A model generated the notes under the pieces. That model had not been told where the DNA came from and ran no database searches. It was given only the letters and a program-made list of their open reading frames with translations. From sequence record LR756501.1: a stretch of 64,000 bases of DNA. One strand, written 5' to 3'. The position numbers and the translations under genes were made by a program. Positions 48,627 through 56,882 of the stretch are shown in pieces. Positions within the stretch are counted from its first letter, which is position 1, and every line of letters starts with the position of its first letter.

Positions 48627-49040
48627 ATGCACGTTAAAAGATTTAAAGAAATATTTGAAGCTGTGGCTGTACATAAAAGTGTGAAGCCCGAAAAACTTCC
48701 TCATTGTGCCGAGATGGAAGCCAAGGGATATAGAATCGCGTCAATAGGCGACGATAAATACGCTTTTCACAAGAATTACGAAGCAGATGATGATATTTAT
48801 TGGTTAGGTAAAAATACACCCGATTACCAGTACGGTAATACTTATATTGCCACACCAGATATTGTTGCTGATAAGAAACACAACCCTTTTTATTCGATTT
48901 TCTGTAAATGTGATCCAGGTCCAACAGATGAGCAGAAGAAGATCATAGCAGAAAGAGAAAAAGAGAATAAGAAAAGGTACGAGTTAATTCAGAAACAGAT
49001 TAGAGGTGAAGCCGAAAAGAAAAAGAAGAAAAATAAATAA
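48627..49040 (+). CDS. CTS-like small protein
   Basis: MHVKRFKEIFEA. Confidence 0.65.
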   Translation: MHVKRFKEIFEAVAVHKSVKPEKLPHCAEMEAKGYRIASIGDDKYAFHKNYEADDDIYWLGKNTPDYQYGNTYIATPDIVADKKHNPFYSIFCKCDPGPTDEQKKIIAEREKENKKRYELIQKQIRGEAEKKKKKNK

Positions 49041-49043
49041 TTA

Positions 49044-49352
49044 TTAAACCCATGAATTTCGATCAGTCCAACGATTTTTATATGGGTTTGATTTAGTTTC
49101 ATATTTTTTGCTTGGTAAATCATCGTCCCAATTTTCTTCACCGTAAGGGTCAAGTTCTTTCATTCTGTCCTTTTTAATGTTCATCTTCTTGAGTTCCTTT
49201 CTGGCTCTATATGTAACAGAGTAGTCTGATAGTTCTCTTAATTTTTCAAGTATATAAACCCTATCTTTATCTGAAAGATTATGCCAATCATCTTTAGATA
49301 ATTTCATAGATTTAATTTTTCTTAATTCGTATAAATATTCTTGGTCCGTCAT
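49044..49352 (-). CDS. Tagged hypothetical protein
   Basis: ELDPYGEENW near C-terminus; ATGA overlap at 49352. Confidence 0.7.
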   Translation of the reverse strand: MTDQEYLYELRKIKSMKLSKDDWHNLSDKDRVYILEKLRELSDYSVTYRARKELKKMNIKKDRMKELDPYGEENWDDDLPSKKYETKSNPYKNRWTDRNSWV

Positions 49353-49858
49353 ACGTTGTCCTCCCATAATTCTTCACCGTAAGGGTCAGCCTCACTAAAA
49401 ATTTGTTTACCTTTATTGATTGGTTGTATTCTAGCTGCTTCCATATGTGGGAAATGATCCTCTAGTAGAGATACTCTCATTAATTCCATATCAGTATCAA
49501 TGTGATGATAAACAGTGTTTTCACTGGTTAAAATTGAGAGACCGTCGTTTCTCATTATATCTATCAATGGTCTGTTATCGTGTATTAAACACGTCTCGTC
49601 AAATTGAAAAAATGGATCACCATCTATTCTTGAAAATCCCAAAAATCTTATCCAATTTTTGTGGCTATCGTCTGTGAAATCGTGTTTATTTATTATTGCA
49701 CCAGCATCTAATTCTTTACCTATGTAAACCCAACAAGGACCTGATATACCACCTACTTTTTCACGTATTCCAAAATATCCCATTTGTTCTCTTAAACAAG
49801 ATCTTAAAGCTGATTCTAATTGAACAGGTCTTGTTCTTATTTTAAATATTAAAGGCAT
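49349..49858 (-). CDS. Tagged hypothetical protein
   Basis: Ends QIFSEADPYGEELWEDNV. Confidence 0.7.
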   Translation of the reverse strand: MPLIFKIRTRPVQLESALRSCLREQMGYFGIREKVGGISGPCWVYIGKELDAGAIINKHDFTDDSHKNWIRFLGFSRIDGDPFFQFDETCLIHDNRPLIDIMRNDGLSILTSENTVYHHIDTDMELMRVSLLEDHFPHMEAARIQPINKGKQIFSEADPYGEELWEDNV

Positions 49859-49861
49859 AAT

Positions 49862-50431
49862 TTATTCCTCCCAATTTTCTTCACCGTAAGGATCAACAGC
49901 ACAAAACTTTTGTCCCTTTGGTTCTTGTTTTTTTGATATTTGTTTTTCTAAAAACATTAAATCTTCATTGATATGATTTCTCATTCCAATCAAAGCTACT
50001 CTATAATCTCTATGTGTCTTATATCTACCTTTAGTGATGAAAAAATAACCATCTAATTCTCCTCTTGATTTATCTACATTTTCATCCAGTGTCCATATTC
50101 TTCTTCTACATCTAGTAAATCTTTCAGCGGTGTAATCATCCATATTTGGTGCCCATTGCCCATTATAATGTCTAGATACATGATCCAACCTATGTACCAT
50201 AGCGGTTATATTGTTATGTATGGTTCTGTAAGTAGATTTAATATCTTCTATTTCGATCACTATACCATTACCAAGAATTCCCCTAGTAAGATATATAGGA
50301 AATACTCTCATTTTTATTAAATTCCATAATTCAGTACATGTTTTTACAATTATGGCAATAATAACTTTCCAACCTTCTAATGTAAATAAGAGTCTGAATA
50401 TATTACTCAACGTATGGAATACCGCTTTCAT
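49862..50431 (-). CDS. Tagged hypothetical protein with hydrophobic N-terminus
   Basis: Ends KFCAVDPYGEENWEE. Confidence 0.7.
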   Translation of the reverse strand: MKAVFHTLSNIFRLLFTLEGWKVIIAIIVKTCTELWNLIKMRVFPIYLTRGILGNGIVIEIEDIKSTYRTIHNNITAMVHRLDHVSRHYNGQWAPNMDDYTAERFTRCRRRIWTLDENVDKSRGELDGYFFITKGRYKTHRDYRVALIGMRNHINEDLMFLEKQISKKQEPKGQKFCAVDPYGEENWEE

Positions 50432-50732
50432 TTAAAGAATCTAAATAATTGTTATGACCTAATTGAATTTTATCGTAAATTTCGTCTCTGAATTTCACCT
50501 TAACTTCTCTATCTGGATAGTACTCAGCAGTTTCTCTTAATTTTGAACCACTCGGTATAGCTATTAAATCATCATCCATCACGTAAGAACCTTCACCATC
50601 AAACCAGGGAAAATCCATAAGTAACTCGTGTTGGGCTAATAACATAGGATGATATACGTTGCCTTCGAACATTCCTGGTCCCTCTAGACAAACCCACCAT
50701 CTATTTTGTATTTTAGATATCGTGTATCTCAT
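50403..50732 (-). CDS. Hypothetical protein (untagged)
   Basis: In-operon ORF. Confidence 0.6.
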   Translation of the reverse strand: MRYTISKIQNRWWVCLEGPGMFEGNVYHPMLLAQHELLMDFPWFDGEGSYVMDDDLIAIPSGSKLRETAEYYPDREVKVKFRDEIYDKIQLGHNNYLDSLNESGIPYVE

Positions 50733-50735
50733 AAT

Positions 50736-51158
50736 CTACTCCTTCCAATTTTCCTCACCGTAAGGATCTAATTCACTAAAAACCTGACCCTGCGGATCGT
50801 TGTTTTCATATCTTATTTGAGCAGCAACCATCTCAATTCTTAAAGTGTTCATAACACCTTTTTGTCTATCATACATAACATCTATAACAATTCCATGATT
50901 ATCAATAAGATCTGGTGGATTATTTGTAGCGTCACATATTATTTTATAGTTATAAAGGAAGTTAGTAACTTGTAGTTCTTTAAAGATTGGGTCTAATCTC
51001 ATTATAATTTCAGCACGTGTATCTGGTGTGTTGAAACGCATCCACATGTTTTCTAAAGCGTCTTCAATGCTTTTTCTAATTTGAATGAATGCTCTACGTA
51101 CATTTAAGTCGTCGAGTGTTCTTGTGTCTTCATTTATTATCCAAGGACTATTATTCAT
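50736..51158 (-). CDS. Stand-alone tail-sheath C-terminal-domain-like protein plus tag
   Basis: LNVRRAFI...FNTPDTR...YKIICDATNNPPDLIDN; ends DPYGEENWKE. Confidence 0.7.
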   Translation of the reverse strand: MNNSPWIINEDTRTLDDLNVRRAFIQIRKSIEDALENMWMRFNTPDTRAEIIMRLDPIFKELQVTNFLYNYKIICDATNNPPDLIDNHGIVIDVMYDRQKGVMNTLRIEMVAAQIRYENNDPQGQVFSELDPYGEENWKE

Positions 51159-51495
51159 TATCCCACCTTTCTTCACCGTAAGGATCTAATTCACTAAATA
51201 CTTGTTGATAACCGCCTTTAGGGTCATGTCCGTGTAATCCTCTAAAATCACCTTCACAATCAAACCAACCAACATCAGGACGATAACTCCATAACTCACT
51301 AGCCATAGATTTCCCTTGTAATTTTGTTTTAACTCCTTTGTGTTCAATCCACATAGCGTTACCTTGTGAATCTGATTGTAAAACTTTATGGTTATCTGTC
51401 GCATTAATAGTATTACTTAGTTGGAAACTACTTGGGTTTGGTAATCCGTAGCAACTATTAATAACTATTTTATCCCACATTTTATTTATATTCAT
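51151..51495 (-). CDS. Mosaic mini-protein: PolB motif-B-like and fibre-like segments plus tag
   Basis: KIVINSCYG; KVLQSDSQGNAMW; DPYGEERW. Confidence 0.5.
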   Translation of the reverse strand: MNINKMWDKIVINSCYGLPNPSSFQLSNTINATDNHKVLQSDSQGNAMWIEHKGVKTKLQGKSMASELWSYRPDVGWFDCEGDFRGLHGHDPKGGYQQVFSELDPYGEERWDNE

Positions 51496-51881
51496 TACCA
51501 GTTCTCCTCTCCGTATGGATCTAATTCACTAAATCTTTGTTCACCTTTTGTTTGTTGGTTTTGTTTCCACATAGACATTCCAACATTATCTTTTAAATAA
51601 TCTGGAAGTTTTTCGAACGCTTCTCTCATATATTTTTGTCCTGATTCTGTAACTCCTAGTCCTCTTGCGTGATCGTAATAATTAGTGGACCAATGGTTTA
51701 TTAATCCTAATTTATCCCATTTCTCAATAGCATCTCTACGTATTTTCCTGAGAGTTTCTTTATCAATAGAATTTTCGTATTCTTTTACAAGTTCTAGTTC
51801 TCTCTTAGCAATACTATCAAAGCTCTCCATTTTCATGAGATCGTCTTGTAATTCTTTTAATTGTTCTTTGGTCATCGCCAT
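51495..51881 (-). CDS. Mosaic mini-protein: capsid-N-terminal-like and terminase-like segments plus tag
   Basis: IEKWDKLGL; ARGLGVTE; EAFEKLPDYLK; DPYGEENW. Confidence 0.45.
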   Translation of the reverse strand: MAMTKEQLKELQDDLMKMESFDSIAKRELELVKEYENSIDKETLRKIRRDAIEKWDKLGLINHWSTNYYDHARGLGVTESGQKYMREAFEKLPDYLKDNVGMSMWKQNQQTKGEQRFSELDPYGEENW

Positions 51882-52237
51882 TAATTCCTCCAATCTTCCT
51901 CACCGTAAGGGTCTAAATCACTAACTACTCTAGTTATTTCAGTCTTTCTGATACCTCTACCTATTGACTGTTTTTCGTATAAACTATCTGGTTTACCAAA
52001 CACGTCAAAAAATTCTTTCGAAGAATTGATGAACACAGGTTTATTTTTAGGTCCACCTTTAGGTTCACTAAGGAATTCGTTTCCAATTAATACTGATTTT
52101 ACTTCTCTTGTTTCTGGAAACTCCACAGGCGTAAAGTCAGCACCAATGGGTGTTGACGTAACAATCACTTTACCCTTATGTGGTGTTAATTTGGGCAAAG
52201 CTGAGTTCCACATTTTTCTATAAGTAGAAATATCCAT
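51881..52237 (-). CDS. Mosaic mini-protein: terminase-like and sheath-N-terminal-like segments plus tag
   Basis: WNSALPKL..KVIVTSTPIG; GGPKNKPVFINSSKEFFDVFGKP; DPYGEEDW. Confidence 0.55.
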   Translation of the reverse strand: MDISTYRKMWNSALPKLTPHKGKVIVTSTPIGADFTPVEFPETREVKSVLIGNEFLSEPKGGPKNKPVFINSSKEFFDVFGKPDSLYEKQSIGRGIRKTEITRVVSDLDPYGEEDWRN

Positions 52238-52454
52238 CTATATGATTTCCTCCAACCGTGTAATCTTCATTACACTCTAAACATTTATATTCAGTAGTAC
52301 TATCATTTTTATCAGGATTTGTATTTACACCGTTCTTATCGTAAATAGGTGGATAATAAACAGCGTGACTAACACTCATGCCTGATGTTCTTGTCGTAGG
52401 TACTTGGCAATGTGGACATATTGGCACACTACCTGTTAATTCAACTTTCTTCAT
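52218..52454 (-). CDS. Zn-ribbon hypothetical protein (untagged)
   Basis: CPHC...CLEC. Confidence 0.65.
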   Translation of the reverse strand: MKKVELTGSVPICPHCQVPTTRTSGMSVSHAVYYPPIYDKNGVNTNPDKNDSTTEYKCLECNEDYTVGGNHIDGYFYL

Positions 52455-52713
52455 ACCAATTCTCCTCTCCGTAAGGATCAATTTTTCTTATCCCTCTTAC
52501 TTTTTCTGGGTTATCAATAAAATCATTAAGTTTCTTTTCTAACTCAACAATTTTTTCTTGTAATTCTTTAATTTTAGTTTCATCTGCTGGTGCTCCCTGT
52601 GGGCCCATGGGTCCTTCTGTTATATAATTCGTGCTTGTTGTATATCTGGTTGCACCGCCAGGTGTGTGAATTTCATAACTATATTCCCAAGGAGGGTATG
52701 GTATGCTAGGCAT
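52441..52713 (-). CDS. Mini-protein with collagen-like triplets, coiled coil and tag
   Basis: GPMGPQGAP; DPYGEENW. Confidence 0.65.
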   Translation of the reverse strand: MPSIPYPPWEYSYEIHTPGGATRYTTSTNYITEGPMGPQGAPADETKIKELQEKIVELEKKLNDFIDNPEKVRGIRKIDPYGEENWYEES

Positions 52714-52731
52714 TGTTTTTTATATTAAAAA

Positions 52732-52974
52732 TTATTCATTCCAATTTTCTTCACCGTAAGGATCTAACTCTGTATAGACTCTTTTAATTTCAGTATAAAC
52801 AAAAGATTCACCTGGATTATAACCCCCGCCTCCTCCATATAAGTGAACCATTTCATTTGGATTCTGTCCCCCCATACCAAGATACCCGTTACTATTTACA
52901 TACATTCTAGCTGCAGTAAAACCCGGATCTGGTCTGAGGTCATAAGTTACCAAATTAAACGGTGGACTCTTCAT
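52732..52974 (-). CDS. Mini-protein with tail-fibre-like repeat plus tag
   Basis: RMYVNSNGYLGMGGQNPNEMVHLYG; KRVYTELDPYGEENW. Confidence 0.6.
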   Translation of the reverse strand: MKSPPFNLVTYDLRPDPGFTAARMYVNSNGYLGMGGQNPNEMVHLYGGGGGYNPGESFVYTEIKRVYTELDPYGEENWNE

Positions 52975-53107
52975 CTTCTTCTGAAACTTCTTTTGGCTCT
53001 ACGTAATTCTCTTCGTCTGGTAAAGCGTTCCTTTGTTCCCTCTGCCAAGCAAAAGCTAATATTAATAAAAATGCAATCAATCCTAAAATAAGAAAAAATA
53101 CTATCAT
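52955..53107 (-). CDS. 50-aa single-TM protein (not in ORF track)
   Basis: MIVFFLILGLIAFLLILAFAW + acidic tail; GGAGG upstream. Confidence 0.65.
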   Translation of the reverse strand: MIVFFLILGLIAFLLILAFAWQREQRNALPDEENYVEPKEVSEEDEESTV

Positions 53108-53130
53108 AATGTGTCCTCCGTTTTTAGTTT

Positions 53131-53331
53131 TTATAAATCGTGTCTGTTATATTCATTGTAAATAATAGTCAACATCATGTTACCATGAGTTTCTTCATGT
53201 GATTGTGTTACACTTATTATCTTTTGTCCAAGTTTATTTGATCTTTGCTCTTCAAACCATTTATTCACTTCATTTCCAACATTTTTTGGAGCACCAGTGA
53301 ATACTTTACATTTCATAAAAGTCTCATCCAT
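53131..53331 (-). CDS. Hypothetical protein
   Basis: In-operon ORF. Confidence 0.6.
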   Translation of the reverse strand: MDETFMKCKVFTGAPKNVGNEVNKWFEEQRSNKLGQKIISVTQSHEETHGNMMLTIIYNEYNRHDL

Positions 53332-53332
53332 A

Positions 53333-53821
53333 TTATTTATTTAATTTTTTAATTTCTTGTAATATATTATAATAAAAATCTTTCAAATTATAAGCGATCT
53401 TCATATCAGGTCTAGCCAATCTAGTCTGTATTTCAACATCATCTCTTCTCTCGTACTGATTATCAATACCAACGATTATTTTCTTTTTGCGTCCAGTTAT
53501 AAATTTACCGTATTCAAACAGTACTATTGGATTTAATGATCCGTTAGCAAACCAGAAAGCAATAATATCTGACTCTTTTAACTTTTTATATTCCCACGCT
53601 ATTTGTCTCTCGGCCTCTTCTTTTACATCCATAGGAAAAACTGCTCTTCTAGGACTAAAAACTATAACGTCACATAAATAATCGTGAGTTTTACTTTCAC
53701 TATCAACGAACAATTTCTCAATTATTTCAGACTGCCAATCAGCACAGTTAGTAATACCACCACCTAGGAATAATTTAATAGGTGATTTTATTTCTTCTGG
53801 GGCTATTATAAACTGTATCAT
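53333..53821 (-). CDS. Nucleoside 2-deoxyribosyltransferase-like protein
   Basis: LFLGGGI..DWQ, SPRR, QIAWE, DIIAFWF, PIVLFEYG. Confidence 0.75.
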   Translation of the reverse strand: MIQFIIAPEEIKSPIKLFLGGGITNCADWQSEIIEKLFVDSESKTHDYLCDVIVFSPRRAVFPMDVKEEAERQIAWEYKKLKESDIIAFWFANGSLNPIVLFEYGKFITGRKKKIIVGIDNQYERRDDVEIQTRLARPDMKIAYNLKDFYYNILQEIKKLNK

Positions 53822-53835
53822 TTTTAATCCTTATT

Positions 53836-54099
53836 TTATTCCTCTGTTAAAGCAGCTTTAATAGATTCTGTAACATCTGGTATAACCTGTACTTTCTCAA
53901 GTATCTTAACATCAATTGAATTTATTGTGTGTCCAGGAAAATATCTTTTATCGTAACCAATATCTATCATAAATCCTTGTGTAGATAATTTGGCAAGATG
54001 TTCTTTAAGCGAATGTTCCTCACAATCAACATGATAGTGTATTGGTTGTTGATTAAAACGTCTTCCGTCTAATTGTATTTCTAATTCGTATGTGTTCAT
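53836..54099 (-). CDS. Hypothetical protein
   Basis: In-operon ORF. Confidence 0.6.
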   Translation of the reverse strand: MNTYELEIQLDGRRFNQQPIHYHVDCEEHSLKEHLAKLSTQGFMIDIGYDKRYFPGHTINSIDVKILEKVQVIPDVTESIKAALTEE

Positions 54100-54103
54100 A
54101 ACT

Positions 54104-54316
54104 TTAATTATTTTTTTCTTCTTCTATCACTTTTTCTAATTCTCCAAGTAAAACTACTTTCAAATGATTAGTTGAAAAGTGGCGTGCTTGTACGATAAAA
54201 CTTTTATCGTCATCAAGTAATATAGTATCGTTAACGGCTGGAACAATATACGTGTAGTATTCTTGAATTATTTCACCGTCGTAGTCCATAATTATAATTT
54301 TGTAATCTTTGATCAT
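54104..54316 (-). CDS. Hypothetical protein
   Basis: In-operon ORF. Confidence 0.6.
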   Translation of the reverse strand: MIKDYKIIIMDYDGEIIQEYYTYIVPAVNDTILLDDDKSFIVQARHFSTNHLKVVLLGELEKVIEEEKNN

Positions 54317-54318
54317 TG

Positions 54319-54561
54319 TTAAGGCTTCGTTTTCTTTTTTATAGTCTTTTTTTCAACAGTTGTTTCGGTTTTTTCAACTTTTTCTCTCTTTTTTCTTGGT
54401 TTTAAATAGGGAGTATATTCCGTTATACCTTTTTCTTCTAAACAGTTAAAGCAATGCAATACCTGATAGGAGTCGTTCTTTGTGATCCAATATACTTCTT
54501 TATCTGTAAAGTCACCAAGACAATTCATACAAATATTACTGTTAGAAATTTTCTTCGCCAT
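54319..54561 (-). CDS. Small Zn-binding protein
   Basis: CMNC...CFNC. Confidence 0.6.
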   Translation of the reverse strand: MAKKISNSNICMNCLGDFTDKEVYWITKNDSYQVLHCFNCLEEKGITEYTPYLKPRKKREKVEKTETTVEKKTIKKKTKP

Positions 54562-54832
54562 CGTCTTTTATATTATCCAAGTTATATCTTTGTTTTTTCT
54601 TATCCCAATCCCTACCTAAAAATTTCATAATAGGCCACCAATTCTTGAAATTATCACTCTTGAGAATTAATACAGTCTCTACAATTATTCCAAAAATATT
54701 CAAAACAGGAGTGAACCATACATGAGGAGAAACATTTTTATCTATCCCCCTTATATAAGCATGATAGTTCAACCATCTACATAGAAATACACTTTCAATG
54801 TATATACCTAATATCCAATAAAATACCGTCAT
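54542..54832 (-). CDS. Small membrane protein
   Basis: Two hydrophobic segments. Confidence 0.6.
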   Translation of the reverse strand: MTVFYWILGIYIESVFLCRWLNYHAYIRGIDKNVSPHVWFTPVLNIFGIIVETVLILKSDNFKNWWPIMKFLGRDWDKKKQRYNLDNIKDDGEENF

Positions 54833-55206
54833 AATCCTAAAATTTTATCAATTAAATTCATATCTTCTGTGTCTGTATCGTCTACGATGAAAATAGTCTC
54901 GTGAATTTCAGCAACTAATTCTAACATATCTCCCCTATTCTTCATCCATAACATATAATCACCTGAGTCGAATTTCACGCTTTCGTCTAGGGTTTTGTTG
55001 TATAAAGAAATTTGAACTACGTCACCAGTAGTTACACCCATACCAAATTGGTTGTAGTAATAAAGAATTTCCCATGTATCGTCTTCGTAGACGAATGATA
55101 AATTTGGATGATCTGATGAAATAACGTTTACTTTATCAACGTTTTTTAACGCTGTATTTCTTACGATTTCAAATAATTTCGTTCTTTGTTCTAAAGATAG
55201 TTTCAT
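54829..55206 (-). CDS. Hypothetical protein
   Basis: In-operon ORF. Confidence 0.65.
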   Translation of the reverse strand: MKLSLEQRTKLFEIVRNTALKNVDKVNVISSDHPNLSFVYEDDTWEILYYYNQFGMGVTTGDVVQISLYNKTLDESVKFDSGDYMLWMKNRGDMLELVAEIHETIFIVDDTDTEDMNLIDKILGL

Positions 55207-55217
55207 GATATTTTAAA

Positions 55218-55490
55218 TTAAGGGTATAATACAATACATCGTTTACTTGGATCATTTTTCATTTTTTCCCATTCATCGTCTTCGAAGTCGTTCTCCCACG
55301 CTTCTCTCTTAGTATCATATACTTCATATCCGCCTCTTCTTCCACCTTCTTCCGTGAAGACACAATCTGAATCAAATCCTCTGGCTAGTTCGTATCCGTT
55401 GCCTTCTGAGTCTCTTTGAAGCATAATTTCACATTCATCTAATTCAATAGGCATTGAATTGATTTGTTCTCTTAATTCTTTAAGTTTCAT
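55218..55490 (-). CDS. Hypothetical protein
   Basis: In-operon ORF. Confidence 0.65.
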   Translation of the reverse strand: MKLKELREQINSMPIELDECEIMLQRDSEGNGYELARGFDSDCVFTEEGGRRGGYEVYDTKREAWENDFEDDEWEKMKNDPSKRCIVLYP

Positions 55491-55491
55491 A

Positions 55492-55740
55492 TTAGTTTTG
55501 TTTTTTAATCATTTCATTCTGAACGTAAGTAGCTTTTTCAAATTCCACTTTTCTAATAGAATCAATTTTAGGTCCAGCACAATAAACACATGAGCTATAA
55601 ACGTCTGGTGTACTGAAAGACGTTGTAATAGAATAATTATTGTTTACGTTGTCGTAAGCAATTTTCTGTTTGATTTCTTTACTTTGACTGCCACATGCCA
55701 TTAAAAATAACATTGAGGCAAATACTATTAACTTTTTCAT
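55492..55740 (-). CDS. Predicted lipoprotein
   Basis: MKK + lipobox LMAC. Confidence 0.65.
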   Translation of the reverse strand: MKKLIVFASMLFLMACGSQSKEIKQKIAYDNVNNNYSITTSFSTPDVYSSCVYCAGPKIDSIRKVEFEKATYVQNEMIKKQN

Positions 55741-55759
55741 TTTCTTTTTTTATTTATTT

Positions 55760-55945
55760 TTAAAAGGGTCCATAATAACAATCATCTTTTACACGTGGTT
55801 TACCAGATAACATATTAGATATTAAATATTTAAAATCTAGTACTAACGCCACTAACATCCATAAAATAATACCTGGTATTATTAGTGTTGGTAAAGTTAG
55901 TAATAATAATAACACATACAAAATAATTTGAAAAAATTTTTTCAT
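55760..55945 (-). CDS. Small membrane protein
   Basis: Hydrophobic. Confidence 0.6.
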   Translation of the reverse strand: MKKFFQIILYVLLLLLTLPTLIIPGIILWMLVALVLDFKYLISNMLSGKPRVKDDCYYGPF

Positions 55946-56124
55946 TTTTTATCTCCTTCTTTTTTATCGTCAAATGACTTACCAAATAATCTAAGTACGA
56001 ATTCCATGAATAAAGCGATAAGGATTATTCCTAATGCTATTATATCTGGAAACATAACTATAACAAATAAAATAATAATTACAATTACAAATCCCATATT
56101 AATTTTCATTTTTAGGTTTATCAA
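55942..56124 (-). CDS. Small membrane protein
   Basis: Hydrophobic. Confidence 0.6.
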   Translation of the reverse strand: MINLKMKINMGFVIVIIILFVIVMFPDIIALGIILIALFMEFVLRLFGKSFDDKKEGDKK

Positions 56125-56311
56125 AAATATCGTAAGGTAAATATTTTCTTTCTATCACTATCAAATAAAATGCCATAAACATTATAAGAAAAAAAGACAT
56201 CATTATATATGATCTACTACCAACGGCTAAGGTCATCCAAGCGGAAATAATTAAAGCGTCTAACCCCACAATAATTCTAAGTAGGTATTTGATAAAAATT
56301 TTTGTTATCAT
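56099..56311 (-). CDS. Small membrane protein
   Basis: ATG 56311 gives an ATGA overlap with the upstream stop. Confidence 0.6.
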   Translation of the reverse strand: MITKIFIKYLLRIIVGLDALIISAWMTLAVGSRSYIMMSFFLIMFMAFYLIVIERKYLPYDIFDKPKNEN

Positions 56312-56538
56312 ATTTTTATATCTTTTAAATATTGTGAGAACATTATTAAATAAGGATAAAAAAGATATACAAAATAACATAACCCAACTATAACCATATA
56401 CATCATGAATATAAAGGGCCAGTTGATAGACAACCATCTTGGATATTTATCCTCTTTATCGTTTGCTGCTATTACACCAGCAATTATAGACATTATAATT
56501 AATATAACGCCAACTAAACCAACTATTAAATGTACCAT
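56308..56538 (-). CDS. Small membrane protein
   Basis: Two TM segments. Confidence 0.6.
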   Translation of the reverse strand: MVHLIVGLVGVILIIMSIIAGVIAANDKEDKYPRWLSINWPFIFMMYMVIVGLCYFVYLFYPYLIMFSQYLKDIKI

Positions 56539-56553
56539 ACTTTCATTATTTAT

Positions 56554-56865
56554 TTACCACCATCTAACTATCATTGTCCAGGGAGATAATTTCCCAGCGT
56601 ATTTTTGTTCTTCGACTTGAAACCCTTCAGCTCTCAGATCATCTTGAAGATCAAATATATACTCACATAATTTAACGTTATCGTTTTCATTAATGGTAAG
56701 ATCTTGTTGACCTTCTTGTGATCTTTTCTTTACTTCGGCAAAAATTAGTTCAAGACCAACCTTTTTCCTATTTTCAATAAATATTTTAATATTGGCTTCT
56801 GATTCGGCCCTGAGTCTCTTCTCGTTCTCTTCGGCCAATTTTTTCATTTCTTCTGCTACACTCAT
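56554..56865 (-). CDS. Hypothetical protein
   Basis: In-operon ORF. Confidence 0.65.
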   Translation of the reverse strand: MSVAEEMKKLAEENEKRLRAESEANIKIFIENRKKVGLELIFAEVKKRSQEGQQDLTINENDNVKLCEYIFDLQDDLRAEGFQVEEQKYAGKLSPWTMIVRWW

Positions 56866-56882
56866 ATTATATTCAATGTTTT

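Noticed and set aside
49128-52764. CRISPR array or integron attC interpretation of the recurring 24-nt sequence
   Set aside because: Spacing is irregular (about 235-880 nt), copies vary at third codon positions, they are not palindromic, and all are in frame within ORFs.
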